Positions 1 through 10,600 of a DNA stretch of 64,000 bases are shown one piece after another; position 1 is the first letter of the stretch, and each line of letters starts with the position of its first letter. Origin of the DNA: a virus (taxonomy: Duplodnaviria > Caudoviricetes); the IMG/VR virus record IMGVR_UViG_3300028534_000024, positions 9,350 through 73,349 of that record; one strand, given 5' to 3'. The notes under the pieces were generated by a model that did no database searches, was not told the origin of the DNA, and worked only from the letters and a program-made list of their open reading frames with translations. A program made the position numbers and the translations under genes.

Positions 1-770
1 TAGAGGGATATGGTACACAGGATTTAATTGAGTTCTATAAAAATAGTCTAGTTAGTACATCTATATTAACTAGTGAACAGCCATTAACTAAAAAACAAGC
101 AAAAGATTTAACTGAAACCTTAGGAAAAGATTATAATATATCTAAAGGTATGAGACACTCACTTATTGTATTACCTAATAATTTATCTGTTAAACCTCTT
201 AAAATGAACCCTAAAGAAGCTATGTTATTAGATTCATTAAATATATCAGAAGATAGGGTATTATCTGCTTTTAAATTACATAAAATGGTATTAGGTGGTA
301 AAATAGAGACTTATACACATAATATAGATGACTTACTACAACTTCAATTCACTAATGCTATACGCCCTATTATAAATAGGGTAGTAGATAAGATACAATC
401 ATTCTTAAGAAGAGTAACTAAGAATGATAAATTAGTAATTGAAGTTGACTATAGTTACTTACCTGAAGTTAAACTAGCTAAGTTGACTAATCAAGATACT
501 GCAAGAAATCTATATGTGTCTGGATTGTGTTCACTTAATGAGGCTAGAGAAATACTAGGGCTTCCTGCTATTGATGCAGAATTAGCTAATCAGAATCACC
601 TACCTAGTTTCTTAGTTGGTACAGATCTACACACTATTCAGAATCTTACTCCAGAAGTAATAGATAAGATAAGGAATAGTGTAGATGGTACATCCACTAA
701 TAACGATACGATGAATACTGATATACTAGGTGGTGCTAATACAGGTAAACAAGATAAGATAGATGTTTAA
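1..770 (+). CDS. Phage portal protein (HK97 family), 5'-truncated by window edge
   Basis: Frame is open from nt 3 (EGYGTQDLIEFYKNSLVSTSILTSEQPLT...) into the tracked ORF; C-terminal 'LYVSGLCSLNEAREILGLPAID' is typical of HK97-type portals; directly upstream of the protease. Confidence 0.85.
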   Translation, partial: EGYGTQDLIEFYKNSLVSTSILTSEQPLTKKQAKDLTETLGKDYNISKGMRHSLIVLPNNLSVKPLKMNPKEAMLLDSLNISEDRVLSAFKLHKMVLGGKIETYTHNIDDLLQLQFTNAIRPIINRVVDKIQSFLRRVTKNDKLVIEVDYSYLPEVKLAKLTNQDTARNLYVSGLCSLNEAREILGLPAIDAELANQNHLPSFLVGTDLHTIQNLTPEVIDKIRNSVDGTSTNNDTMNTDILGGANTGKQDKIDV

Positions 771-793
771 ATTTTAAATTAAAAAGGATTGGT

Positions 794-1372
794 ATGGAAG
801 AAACCATATATGATTTTGTCAAGCTTTCTGAGGTGGACACATCTCAGGAAGATATTATAATAGTTAAAGGTTATGCTAATAAGTATAAGTGGAAAGGTAA
901 TGTTGAAGTTGATTCTTATGGTACAACTTTTGTCCCTACTGCATATGACTTAGAGGTATATAAACTTAACCCAGTTATTCTTTACATGCATGACATTACT
1001 CAACCTGTAGGTAAATGTCAAATAATAAAGATAACTGATGAAGGGCTTTATATTGAAGCTATAATTTATAAGTCGGTTAATGAGATGGTATTTAATGCTG
1101 TAAAAACAGGTATACTTAATGGATTCTCTATTGGAATACATATTAAGGCAGAGGAATATTCACAAGTACTAGATGCTTATGTTGTAACTGAAGGGGAATT
1201 GATTGAAATATCACTTGTAACAACACCATCAAATACTAAAAGTGTTATTGAAAATGTTGATTTATGTGAGTTAGGTGCTTGTCAAGTTTTAAGAAGTAGA
1301 AAAGATACTACAGCTAGAAATATTGATAAAGCTATGATTAGAGAAATGGTTAAGAAAGCCTTAAATCTATAA
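794..1372 (+). CDS. Prohead (capsid maturation) protease, HK97 family
   Basis: VKGYAN...VDSYG, VILYMHD..QPVGK, GLYIEA, GFSIG, ELIEISLVTTPSN motifs. Confidence 0.93.
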   Translation: MEETIYDFVKLSEVDTSQEDIIIVKGYANKYKWKGNVEVDSYGTTFVPTAYDLEVYKLNPVILYMHDITQPVGKCQIIKITDEGLYIEAIIYKSVNEMVFNAVKTGILNGFSIGIHIKAEEYSQVLDAYVVTEGELIEISLVTTPSNTKSVIENVDLCELGACQVLRSRKDTTARNIDKAMIREMVKKALNL

Positions 1373-1390
1373 TATATTAAACTTGAAAGG

Positions 1391-1804
1391 ATGCACATGG
1401 AAAAAGAAGAAATATTTAATATAGTAAAAGAGGTAGTTGCTGAGCTTGTACCACAGATTGAACCTCAAGAAGAACCTGAAGTTGAACCTGAAGTTGAACC
1501 TCAAGAAGAACCTCAAGAAGAACCTGAAGTTGAACCTGAAGTTGAACCTCAAGATGAACCTCAAGAAGAACCTGAAGTTGAACCTCAAGAAGAACCTGAA
1601 GTTGAACCTCAAGGAGAGCCAAAAAGTGACACTAATTCGGACGCCAAATCATTTAATGATACCTTAACTTCTATTGAAAATAGTTTAGCAAATGATTCCG
1701 ATGAACTAACAGAAGACGAAAAACAACTTATAGAATTTATTATGTTAAACTATGATAAATTAGAAAGTAAGGTCGATAAATTAATTAATAATCAAGGAGA
1801 TTAA
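1391..1804 (+). CDS. Acidic low-complexity protein, possible scaffold or scaffold fragment
   Basis: EPQE/EPEV repeats flanked by short helical segments; lies between protease and capsid, in frame with capsid; function inferred from position. Confidence 0.55.
   Translation: MHMEKEEIFNIVKEVVAELVPQIEPQEEPEVEPEVEPQEEPQEEPEVEPEVEPQDEPQEEPEVEPQEEPEVEPQGEPKSDTNSDAKSFNDTLTSIENSLANDSDELTEDEKQLIEFIMLNYDKLESKVDKLINNQGD
1460..1615 (+). repeat. Tandem array of 13 x 12-bp units of two types (GAACCTGAAGTT / GAACCTCAAGAA)
   Basis: Read directly; encodes EPEV/EPQE. Confidence 0.97.
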
Positions 1805-2977
1805 ATGGCTTTAGATACAATCAAAGCATTACAAGATAAAATCGCTGCTCTTGAAACAAGAATGGGCGAAATGTCAGAAAGAAAACCAAAAGGTGAAATT
1901 CAGAGACCTGAGATATCACAAAAAGAAGTAAGAAATAAGGCTTCTAATCTTTATCTATTATCTAGAATTAGAGATGTAGCTCCTCAAAGTCTTGCAACAT
2001 ACAATGATGTTAAAGAACTAGCAACTCGTGCTATGGTACCTGCGGACACACCTGATTGGCTAGCAGAAGAGTTTAGTAAAGATATTTATGAAAGAATGTC
2101 TCTTATTGCTAATGTTGAGAGTCTATTCCCTAAATATACAATACCTAGTAATGTAGAGGCACTTAGTATACCTCAAAAAACATCTAAAACAAAAGCTTAT
2201 CTGATTCAGCCAGCAGCTGACGCTATTCAATCAGCTATTACTGCTGCTAAAGTAACATTTAGAGCTAAAAGATTGGTAACACTTGCTACTCTTACAGATC
2301 AAGCCGATGATGAAACAGTTGTAATGCTTACAGAAATGATTAAAAATGATATAGCAGAATCACTTGTTCTTGCTATGGAAAATGCAATCATAAATGGAGA
2401 TGAAACTGCTGGAGATACAAACATTAACGGTTCAACTGTAGGTAATGATGCAACTGATCAACTAAGAACATTTAATGGACTTAGAAAAATTACAATGGAT
2501 AATGATAATACTGTTGACTTTGGTGGGGCATTAGATTATGCTACTATAGCAGGTATGAGAAAACTAATGGGTAAAGATGGTATTAACCAATCTGAACTTG
2601 TTTATATTGTATCGCCTTCAACTTATCATCAACTTGTTCTACTCCCAGAAGTATTAACAGTTGACAAATATGGCTCTAAGGCAACTGTTGTTACAGGTGA
2701 AGTAGCAAAAATAGGAGCAATTCCTGTTGTTGTATCAGAATTTGTACCAGAAGATTTGGATGCTACTGGTGTATATGCAGATGGTGGAGATAAGACAGTT
2801 ATTATTCTTGCAAAAAGAAAATATTTCGCTGTAGCTGATAGAGGAATGGCTGGATTTGAAAGAGATAGAAATGTTATTTCTGCAACTAACATTTATGTTG
2901 GACATAGGGATGTAGATTTCAATCCACTTCTACCAGATAAGGAAATATCTGTTCTAGGATTCAATGTAGCTACTTAA
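1805..2977 (+). CDS. Major capsid protein (HK97 fold)
   Basis: N-terminal coiled coil, 'WLAEEFSKDIYERM', 'VTFRAKRL', 'AMENAIINGD', 'FNGLRK', 'IGAIPVVVSEFVP'; GGAGA RBS. Confidence 0.93.
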   Translation: MALDTIKALQDKIAALETRMGEMSERKPKGEIQRPEISQKEVRNKASNLYLLSRIRDVAPQSLATYNDVKELATRAMVPADTPDWLAEEFSKDIYERMSLIANVESLFPKYTIPSNVEALSIPQKTSKTKAYLIQPAADAIQSAITAAKVTFRAKRLVTLATLTDQADDETVVMLTEMIKNDIAESLVLAMENAIINGDETAGDTNINGSTVGNDATDQLRTFNGLRKITMDNDNTVDFGGALDYATIAGMRKLMGKDGINQSELVYIVSPSTYHQLVLLPEVLTVDKYGSKATVVTGEVAKIGAIPVVVSEFVPEDLDATGVYADGGDKTVIILAKRKYFAVADRGMAGFERDRNVISATNIYVGHRDVDFNPLLPDKEISVLGFNVAT

Positions 2978-2985
2978 TAGTTACA

Positions 2986-3005
2986 CATAGGGGATTACCC
3001 CTATG
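2986..3005 (+). terminator. Stem-loop after capsid gene (terminator, attenuator or processing site)
   Basis: CATAGGGG-ATTA-CCCCTATG, perfect 8-bp stem; no clear U-tract follows. Confidence 0.5.
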
Positions 3006-3078
3006 GATATTATATCCCTTATATTTGAATATACTTTATTTGTATATTCTATATATTTAAATATAAAGGATTTAATAA

Positions 3079-3336
3079 ATGAAATATTTTATTACATATT
3101 TACTAAAAGGTGATTACAGATTAGGAACTAAGTTAGTTTGTAAATCTGGTACACAAACTGAAGTATCTGAGGATATTTTTAATTACTTAAATAGTACTTT
3201 TGGTGATTCTGGATGGTTCACTTTTAAGAAAGAGAAAGAGTTTACAGAAGCTAAACCTAAAAAAACTAGAAAGAAAAAAGAAGAATCTATAGAAGAAGTA
3301 ATTGATATAGATAAGTCACAAGACCTATCTGAATAA
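3079..3336 (+). CDS. Hypothetical protein (head region)
   Basis: ORF with AAAGGA RBS, basic/acidic C-terminus. Confidence 0.6.
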   Translation: MKYFITYLLKGDYRLGTKLVCKSGTQTEVSEDIFNYLNSTFGDSGWFTFKKEKEFTEAKPKKTRKKKEESIEEVIDIDKSQDLSE

Positions 3337-3353
3337 TTTAAAAGGATTAACAT

Positions 3354-4532
3354 ATGATTGATAATAAAACAATCTATAGTGAACATCCTTTTTATAATCA
3401 ATTTGTAAAGTGGAGTGGACTAGAACTTAATAGTGAAAACTACTTTATGATAAATACAGCACTTTTCGGTGCTGAAGATTATATATCTCAGAGATTTGAC
3501 ATAAAACTTTCTCCTATTAATATCATAGAACACTTCGATACTAATACCCACCCAAGATATAGAATAAGTAAACTTTTAAATGTTATGTCTAATACTTTAT
3601 TATTACCATCAGTTAGGTATTATAATAAAACTACTAATGAGTATGAAAATGTAGATGGGCAATATTCATTTAATGATAGTTTAAATGTAACAGAAGATAG
3701 TACTATTACTTATTTAACTGGTTATATAGGAAAACAAGATATAACTTTCGATGTTCAACCTAGTGGTACATTTGACAATAAAGCACCATTACAGCCATTG
3801 ATATACTTTAATGATATACTAGTGGATACTCCTATTTATACATTAGAAGATACTATAGAGGTAGTTGTAGAGGGAGAAATAGGAAGTAACATTTATGTTA
3901 ATGAAAAAAATACTACTATTAATATAGGCGATGATGGTACAGCTACTATATCATTAAATATTAATAGTAGGATTACAACATATAGAATAACACTAGTAGA
4001 TACTATGAATAATGTATCTGAGAGAAATAATATTCTTATTCTTAAACAGGAAAATCAGAATATCTTAAATTTGATACTTTTAGGTCAGGAGTTGGTTACT
4101 AACAATAATGAACTTAAAGTTTCTATTTATTTGTCTGAGAGTGGTAATTTGATTATAAATGGATTAGATAAAGGTATGTACACTAAAGGAATTCACGAAA
4201 TAATAGTAGATAATCTTGATGGTTCATACATTATACTTCAATTAGTTAATGATAATAGAATATCTGATGATATCGTTATACCATACTCTATAGTAACATA
4301 TGATGATAATTATGTCAAGGCAGTTAATAAACATCTCCTTGATATTCCGTATATACCTATGGATTTATTAATAGCTTTCTTTAAGTTAACTCAGCACTTA
4401 TACCATAGTACATTATATAAAGATGATAATATCGATAGGTACTCAGCAGGTACATCAAAATCAATATCATTTACATCTCATAGAATACCTAAAGATATAC
4501 TTGAAGTACTTAGTTTGTATATAGAATATTAA
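3354..4532 (+). CDS. Head-tail adaptor-like protein with large beta-rich (Ig-like) insertion
   Basis: N-terminal 'INTALFGAEDYISQRFD' and C-terminal 'IPMDLLIAFFKLTQHLY...IPKDILEVLSLY' resemble adaptor termini; middle is alternating beta-strand sequence. Confidence 0.6.
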   Translation: MIDNKTIYSEHPFYNQFVKWSGLELNSENYFMINTALFGAEDYISQRFDIKLSPINIIEHFDTNTHPRYRISKLLNVMSNTLLLPSVRYYNKTTNEYENVDGQYSFNDSLNVTEDSTITYLTGYIGKQDITFDVQPSGTFDNKAPLQPLIYFNDILVDTPIYTLEDTIEVVVEGEIGSNIYVNEKNTTINIGDDGTATISLNINSRITTYRITLVDTMNNVSERNNILILKQENQNILNLILLGQELVTNNNELKVSIYLSESGNLIINGLDKGMYTKGIHEIIVDNLDGSYIILQLVNDNRISDDIVIPYSIVTYDDNYVKAVNKHLLDIPYIPMDLLIAFFKLTQHLYHSTLYKDDNIDRYSAGTSKSISFTSHRIPKDILEVLSLYIEY

Positions 4533-4540
4533 GGCTAATT

Positions 4541-5089
4541 ATGGCAGTTAAGATTATAGACTTAAAAGATGATTATATAAAGTTTCGTACTAATTTAAGA
4601 GCTTTAGGTTTTAAAGGTGATTCATTAAATATAGGTGTTAAAGTAGCTGAAGATTTTCTTGATAAGTTTCATATTATGCAAGTTGCTAAGTTTCAGACTG
4701 CTAAAAATAAAGTAGCTAGATTAGAAAAAAATTTAAAAAAGAAATTAAGTGATCCGTTACCTAATAGTTTAAAAGGTAAAAGGAGACATTTTAATAGAAA
4801 ATATCCTTATGCTAATTCAGGATCTTTAAAAGATTCTGTGCATCTGAAACTAGAAAAATCCGTTAGTGAGAAAAGATGGGTATATGAGTTCACAGGCATG
4901 GCGTATGGTAAAGATAATAATAGTTATGATCATGCTAATTTAACAAATAAAAATATAACTAAATTATATCCACACAAAAGAAAAGTTGCTTGGGAACATT
5001 GGTGGGATGAAGCAATGGATAGAGGACACTCTTATGGTATTGTAGGAGCTAAGGATTTAATGGAAAGTCTATTTAAGAAAGGACAATAG
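4541..5089 (+). CDS. Neck / tail completion protein (putative)
   Basis: Position, basic composition, 'SGSLKDSV' motif reminiscent of HK97 gp10-like proteins. Confidence 0.55.
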   Translation: MAVKIIDLKDDYIKFRTNLRALGFKGDSLNIGVKVAEDFLDKFHIMQVAKFQTAKNKVARLEKNLKKKLSDPLPNSLKGKRRHFNRKYPYANSGSLKDSVHLKLEKSVSEKRWVYEFTGMAYGKDNNSYDHANLTNKNITKLYPHKRKVAWEHWWDEAMDRGHSYGIVGAKDLMESLFKKGQ

Positions 5090-5529
5090 TGAGAGAAGAA
5101 GATTTAATAGATAGCCTATCTGATATATTAACTAATTTAAAAACATCTGATGATAAATTTGCAACTCCATTATTTAAAAAAGTTATTAAAAATAATATTC
5201 CAATATGGACAGCAATAAATGATACGCCATCTATTGCTTTTTATATTTCGCATACAGAATATACTAATAATAGATATAGTAATAATGTAGTTGCAGAGGT
5301 TGTAATATTTATATATAATAGACATAAAAAAACAGGATTATCGTTAGATGATATTTTAAGTCCTCTTGTTACTAAAACTAGATATGCTGTAAAAGAATTA
5401 GTTAATCAAAATGAAAATATTATATCATCCGATATAATAGAAAGTAATAAAGATGGTGGTACAATACTACCATACACGGTAGCTGAGCTTGTATTTCAAG
5501 TCGAATTCGTAGAGGAACCATTGTGTTAA
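5089..5529 (+). CDS. Tail terminator protein (putative)
   Basis: 146 aa, GTG start coupled to upstream stop, directly before tail tube gene; 'TPSIAFYI' segment. Confidence 0.6.
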   Translation: MREEDLIDSLSDILTNLKTSDDKFATPLFKKVIKNNIPIWTAINDTPSIAFYISHTEYTNNRYSNNVVAEVVIFIYNRHKKTGLSLDDILSPLVTKTRYAVKELVNQNENIISSDIIESNKDGGTILPYTVAELVFQVEFVEEPLC

Positions 5530-5583
5530 TACTAAAATGTGACACTAAGGTCCCACGAAATTTTTAAAATATAAAGGATTAAA

Positions 5584-6585
5584 ATGGCATTACAAAAATC
5601 GAATGCTACAATAGCAGCATTTAAACTAGAACCTACATTTAAAGAAGCCGTTACCTTTGAAGATAAAGATGTTGTACCATATAACTCTTTAAGTTGGAAA
5701 CCTGAGACTGATACTATAGAACGAACCTATTTAAATTCTAAAAGTTTGATTGCAGGTAAACCACTTCAAGGTAAATCAACAGCTAGTGGTTCTATACAAC
5801 TAGAGGTAATACCTGATGCATCAGACTCAACTATACTTGTCGGAGATGTACTTTATCAAGTAGCATTAGGTAAATATACAGCTAATGGTGCTGAAATAGA
5901 TTTAACTAATCATACAATTGTAGATCATATATCTGCTGCTGATGGTGATGCAGGAATGTATTATCTATCTGATGGTAGTGAAGCTATTCAATCTATGGGT
6001 GCTAAATATGTTATAGGTGGTGTAGAAGCTAATTCTGTCGATATTAGAGGAATTCTTATTAGCTCGCTTAAATTTACTTTCCCGACCCAAGGATTAGTAA
6101 CAGCAGATTTCGAAATGGGTGGATCTACAGGGTTTATTCCAGTTGACCAAGGTACAGATTTAGCAGATTTCTGTAGTTCAATGACTCCACATGTTGCCAG
6201 AGGAATGACAGTAACTATAGATGGTGTTGCTGTATGTGCTACAGATTTGGAACTAACTATAACAAATGAAATAGCGGATTATGTGTGTGTTACACAAACA
6301 GGTGTCGGGGAGAAATCAGTAACTAAAAGAACAATCGAAGGTTCATTTAAAATTGCTTTTGAAAATCTTGATCAAATAAATGCGTATAATGCATGGCAAG
6401 AAGCTTCAATATTCGCATACTCTGTAACATTAGATGGTAAAGAATTTGCTATTGAGTTACCTAAGACACAAAGAACAAGTTTAGATTTAGCTGATGATAA
6501 TGGTATATTTACACAAACAGTTACATTCTCAGTAATTGATGATTGTGCAAATGGGAATTTACCAATTAAGATAGCATCTAAATAG
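5584..6585 (+). CDS. Major tail tube protein
   Basis: 333 aa, 'ASGSIQLEV', 'LELTITNE', 'KRTIEGSFKIAF', 'IELPK' tail-tube-like strands; position before chaperones and TMP. Confidence 0.8.
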   Translation: MALQKSNATIAAFKLEPTFKEAVTFEDKDVVPYNSLSWKPETDTIERTYLNSKSLIAGKPLQGKSTASGSIQLEVIPDASDSTILVGDVLYQVALGKYTANGAEIDLTNHTIVDHISAADGDAGMYYLSDGSEAIQSMGAKYVIGGVEANSVDIRGILISSLKFTFPTQGLVTADFEMGGSTGFIPVDQGTDLADFCSSMTPHVARGMTVTIDGVAVCATDLELTITNEIADYVCVTQTGVGEKSVTKRTIEGSFKIAFENLDQINAYNAWQEASIFAYSVTLDGKEFAIELPKTQRTSLDLADDNGIFTQTVTFSVIDDCANGNLPIKIASK

Positions 6586-6610
6586 ATATAGTAATTAAGA
6601 AAGGATCACT

Positions 6611-7021
6611 ATGGCATTAACATTTAAAGCAAAAAAACTACAGGACACATTTACTTATATCCCAGAAAGTCAAAGAGGAGAAGAAAAACCCTTCTCTGTT
6701 GAGTTTAAAAGGATACCACTAGATGTATTAGCAGAACTACAGGATGAATCTATTGGACTATCTCAATCTGGTACTTATACAATTAATATAAATCAACAAC
6801 ATCTTAAGGCCCTTAAATATGCCCTTATTGGGTGGGAAAATATAGACGATGGTAAGAAACCTATTAAGTTCAGAATAGTACATAATCAAGCATCTGATGA
6901 ATCTCTAGAAGTTCTTCCACCAGAGATTAGAGCTGAGATAGCTTCTGTTATTATAGAAGTTAGTAAAGATCCTGCTAGTGCAGATAAGATTTTAGGGAAT
7001 GAAGATGGAGAAGATAAATAA
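6611..7021 (+). CDS. Tail assembly chaperone
   Basis: 'ALIGWENI' motif and position between tail tube and TMP. Confidence 0.7.
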   Translation: MALTFKAKKLQDTFTYIPESQRGEEKPFSVEFKRIPLDVLAELQDESIGLSQSGTYTININQQHLKALKYALIGWENIDDGKKPIKFRIVHNQASDESLEVLPPEIRAEIASVIIEVSKDPASADKILGNEDGEDK

Positions 7022-7649
7022 AGATTTATTTCCTAAAAGTACACTATATCCTAAAGAGTATTCTTTTGAATCCTCTATTGGATATATAGACTTCAAAGCA
7101 TTAACTTACAGAGAAATTGATAATCTCTATTCTAAGTATTCTATGAGACCTAATGCACTCAAAATAAATACTGTTAAACTCTCATTAATAGACTCTTCTA
7201 TACTTCCTAACCTTTCTCAAAATATTATTGATAATTTATTTGATTTAATAATCTATGTTTCTACTCTAACAAAAGATGAGTTTGCTACTATAGAGGATGC
7301 TCTTCATATAATGAAAGAAGATCAATTTGAGGATAAAACTTTTAAATCATGTAAGTTATGTAAGGAAAGTGGCTACGATAAATTACGAAATTGTCCAATG
7401 TTAGATAAAAAATATCATTCTAGAGATGTGTTTTACTTAGTAAATAATAAAAAACTAAATGAATGTCCTATGGATAATATAAATAATAATGAAATGGTGT
7501 CAGACGCTATATCTGCTTATATTATGTATAAAGATAAGTTATTACCTATATTAGGCGGATTAACAGAACAGACTACATATTTTTTTAGGGTAGCTCCTAT
7601 GGCTTATAGTATTTTATATCAACCTAGTTTAAAAGATATAGATAAATAG
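6999..7649 (+). CDS. Second tail assembly chaperone-like protein (Cys-containing)
   Basis: Position before TMP; CxxC...CP...CP and 'LPILGGLTEQT' motifs. Confidence 0.55.
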   Translation: MKMEKINKDLFPKSTLYPKEYSFESSIGYIDFKALTYREIDNLYSKYSMRPNALKINTVKLSLIDSSILPNLSQNIIDNLFDLIIYVSTLTKDEFATIEDALHIMKEDQFEDKTFKSCKLCKESGYDKLRNCPMLDKKYHSRDVFYLVNNKKLNECPMDNINNNEMVSDAISAYIMYKDKLLPILGGLTEQTTYFFRVAPMAYSILYQPSLKDIDK

Positions 7650-7669
7650 CGAAATAAAAAGGATTATAT

Positions 7670-10600
7670 ATGGCTTTAACAACTAATTATAAGTCAGTTC
7701 TAGATTTGGATTTTAATGTTCATGCTGAAAAGTCCGAACAAATATTAGATAGAATAAATAAAAGTATCTTAGATACTGAAAAGATGCTAGATAGGTATGC
7801 TAAATCTATTAATAGTACTTATGAAAAACAACTTCAATTAATAAATAGGATTAATGAGGGTACTATTAAAGAAAGGGAAGCAGTTTTAAAAATTAAAGCG
7901 GCGGAAGAGAAAAGATTAGCTACTGAAAAAAGTAGAATAAAAGTAAAAGAAAAAGAAAATATATTACAACAAGAAATAAATAGCAAAGCTCAAATGGAGG
8001 ATCATTGGCTAAGAACTAGGAAGGAACTAGCTAAGTATAATGCGGAGTTAAAAAGTACCGATCATAGTATGGGAAGTGTATTCTCTAGAGCATTAGCTAC
8101 TGTACCAGCTTTTTATGCTGCGTATTCATTATTAGATATGATTAAATCTGGATTACAGGCAGTTGTTAATGAAGCAATTCTGTATGATAGTACTATGAGA
8201 ACATTAAGTGCTGTTACAGGAGAGAGCTTAGATGTTACAGCTAAACTATCAAAAGAAGTACTAGAGTTAGGAAATGTATATGGTGGGAACTTAAATGATT
8301 TAGCTAAAACATCTCAAGAACTTGCTAGAGCAGGTATTGCTACAAACGAACTTGCTAATGCTACTAAAGTTGCTACACAATTAGCATTAATTACAGGGGA
8401 TAGTATACAAACTGCTACAAATGCTATAGTATCCTACTCACAAGTATATGCTAAAGCTAATGGTAAAATGATATATAGTACACAAGATTTAGGTGATAAG
8501 CTAGCGTACATGGCGAATGCTTCTAGACTATCTGTACAAGATATTGGGACGCTATCTAACTATGCTCTAGCCTCATCTAAATCAATAGGTTTAACTATAG
8601 ATCAAGTTAATGGTCTTGCTATTGCTTTCGCTAATGCGGGTAATAACGCATCTACTATTGGTACACAAATAAGAAGATTTTCTTCTACATTGAGCTCTAA
8701 CTCATCAGCAGTTAAAGAATTCTATAAAGCTATAGATGTTAATAGAAGTGAACTAATAAGTAATCTAGGTAAATCTAAGAATGGTACTGTAGAAGGCATA
8801 CAAGAATCTAATAAGGCATTTGAAGAATTTGTAATGAAAGTAAAAAGTCTTTCTGAGAATGAATTTAGAAATGCTATTTATGGTATGAATGTATTAGATA
8901 CACAATTCTTTACGCAACTACGAAACAATAGTGATGAAGTAGTTATGCATATGAAAAATTCATTTAGTGACTTGAACGGGGAATTAGATAAAACAGCCGT
9001 CATTGCCGATAGTATTAGTAAAAGATGGGAAAAAATGAAAAATAGGGCCCTTACTTTTGCTGAAAGTGATTTAAAAGAAGTTACAACAGTAGGTACAGGA
9101 TTAGTTGAAGAATTACAATTAGGTTTGGGGTCAACATTTGAGTTACTAACTACCGATATATCTAAAAATGCTAGAAAGTATACAGCAGATGTTAATACTA
9201 TAATAGCGTTTACTAATAAATTAAGAGATCTACAAGAAAAAGATAATAAAACAGATTCAGATAGAGCATTAATGGATGAGTATGCTGCATATGTTAAAAA
9301 GTATGAACTATTAAAGAAGATAAATAAATTAAAAATAGATGATAAACAAGTAAGTGCTGAATTAAATAATCAAGCTGTTATTAATGAAGTAATATTAGAA
9401 AGACAACAAAAAATAGTTGAAGCAGTAAATAAAGGGTTCTCATTAAATAGTATAGAAGTAGAAAAAATAAAAAGAAAATATGCTGGAGTTATAACATTAT
9501 TAAATACTGGATATAAAAAACATCAGGAATCCTTAAAACAAGAACAAGCAAAAAAAGATATTGTAAATATAATAGCTGATATAAAAAAGAATAAAGAACT
9601 TAAAGCTGATGATGATATTATACAGAGTTTAAATAGACAAGCATACCTAAAAGCTGTATCAGCTGGGCTATCAAAAGAAGAAATACAATCATTAGGTATA
9701 GTAGTAGATGAACTGACAAAAGTAGAAGCTAAGCATATAAATATTAAATCAATACAAAAAGATCAGCTTAGAGACCTAGAAACATATAGTAAGTTAGTTA
9801 GAGATTCATCTGTATCTACTGATGATCCAATGTTTCAAGCTTTCGAAACTCAAATGTCAGATTTAATTAATATGCAATCTACATCATTGACAAAATATAA
9901 AAATGATTTAGTTAGGTTAGTTAATGATGCTAATAAATTGGATCTTAAAATAGCAGATCCTAAAGGGGCTATTGATCTATCAAAAGAAGTGGAAGAACTA
10001 GTTAAAGCTAATAAATATACAGAGGCTAATAAAAAATCAATAGAAGCAACCACTAAACTATACCAAATAAGAACAGATTTATTAACAGAAGAGAAAAGAC
10101 TTGAAGAAGAAGGTGTAAGTAAAGAGGATGAAAGATATAGTAAACTTTTAGCTATACAAGAGGCTGTAGAAGGGTGGTTACGAGGACAAGCAGACTTAAA
10201 TAAAGAATTACTTATCACAGATGAAACATATACTAAAGTAAATAAAAATGCTAGTAATGTAACAGCTGAAGTAAATAGAACAGCTCAAGCTATTATAAAT
10301 GCTTCTAATAATACAATAGCTTTTTCTAATCGTATGAATCAATTAGCTGTCCAGACTCAAATGTTAGCACTTAAATGGGAAGCATTTAAAGGTAACTTAA
10401 AATCAACAGATTTAGGACAGATTAAAGTAAACCTAGATATAGATAGTACTAAAAAAGATATAGATGCTTATAGAAATGAAATAACAAAATTAGGCTCTAG
10501 AATGTTATCTGGCGATAGTAGCCCAGAACTCTTAAAACAAATAGATGATTATAAATATAAAATAGAACAGAAACAATTAGAATTAGGTAATCTAGAATTA

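Noticed and set aside
1460-1615. CRISPR-like array (also considered for 57575..58102)
   Set aside because: Units are contiguous with no unique spacers and lie in frame within coding sequence
1367-1667. Three overlapping ORFs (1367..1612 -, 1416..1622 -, 1437..1667 +)
   Set aside because: Shadow frames kept open by the stop-free 12-bp repeat; no RBS; low-complexity translations
6960-7021. Lambda gpG/gpGT-type -1 programmed frameshift between the tail chaperones
   Set aside because: The second ORF is in the +1 frame, has a TAG at 6993-95 just before its own ATG, the -1 frame is closed, and no XXXYYYZ slippery site is visible
9850-10218. Antisense ORFs within long genes (also 2629..2892, 24453..24851, 48363..48815, 57942..58223 and most short opposite-strand track ORFs)
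   Set aside because: They mirror codon bias or repeats of the real gene; no RBS or recognisable motifs
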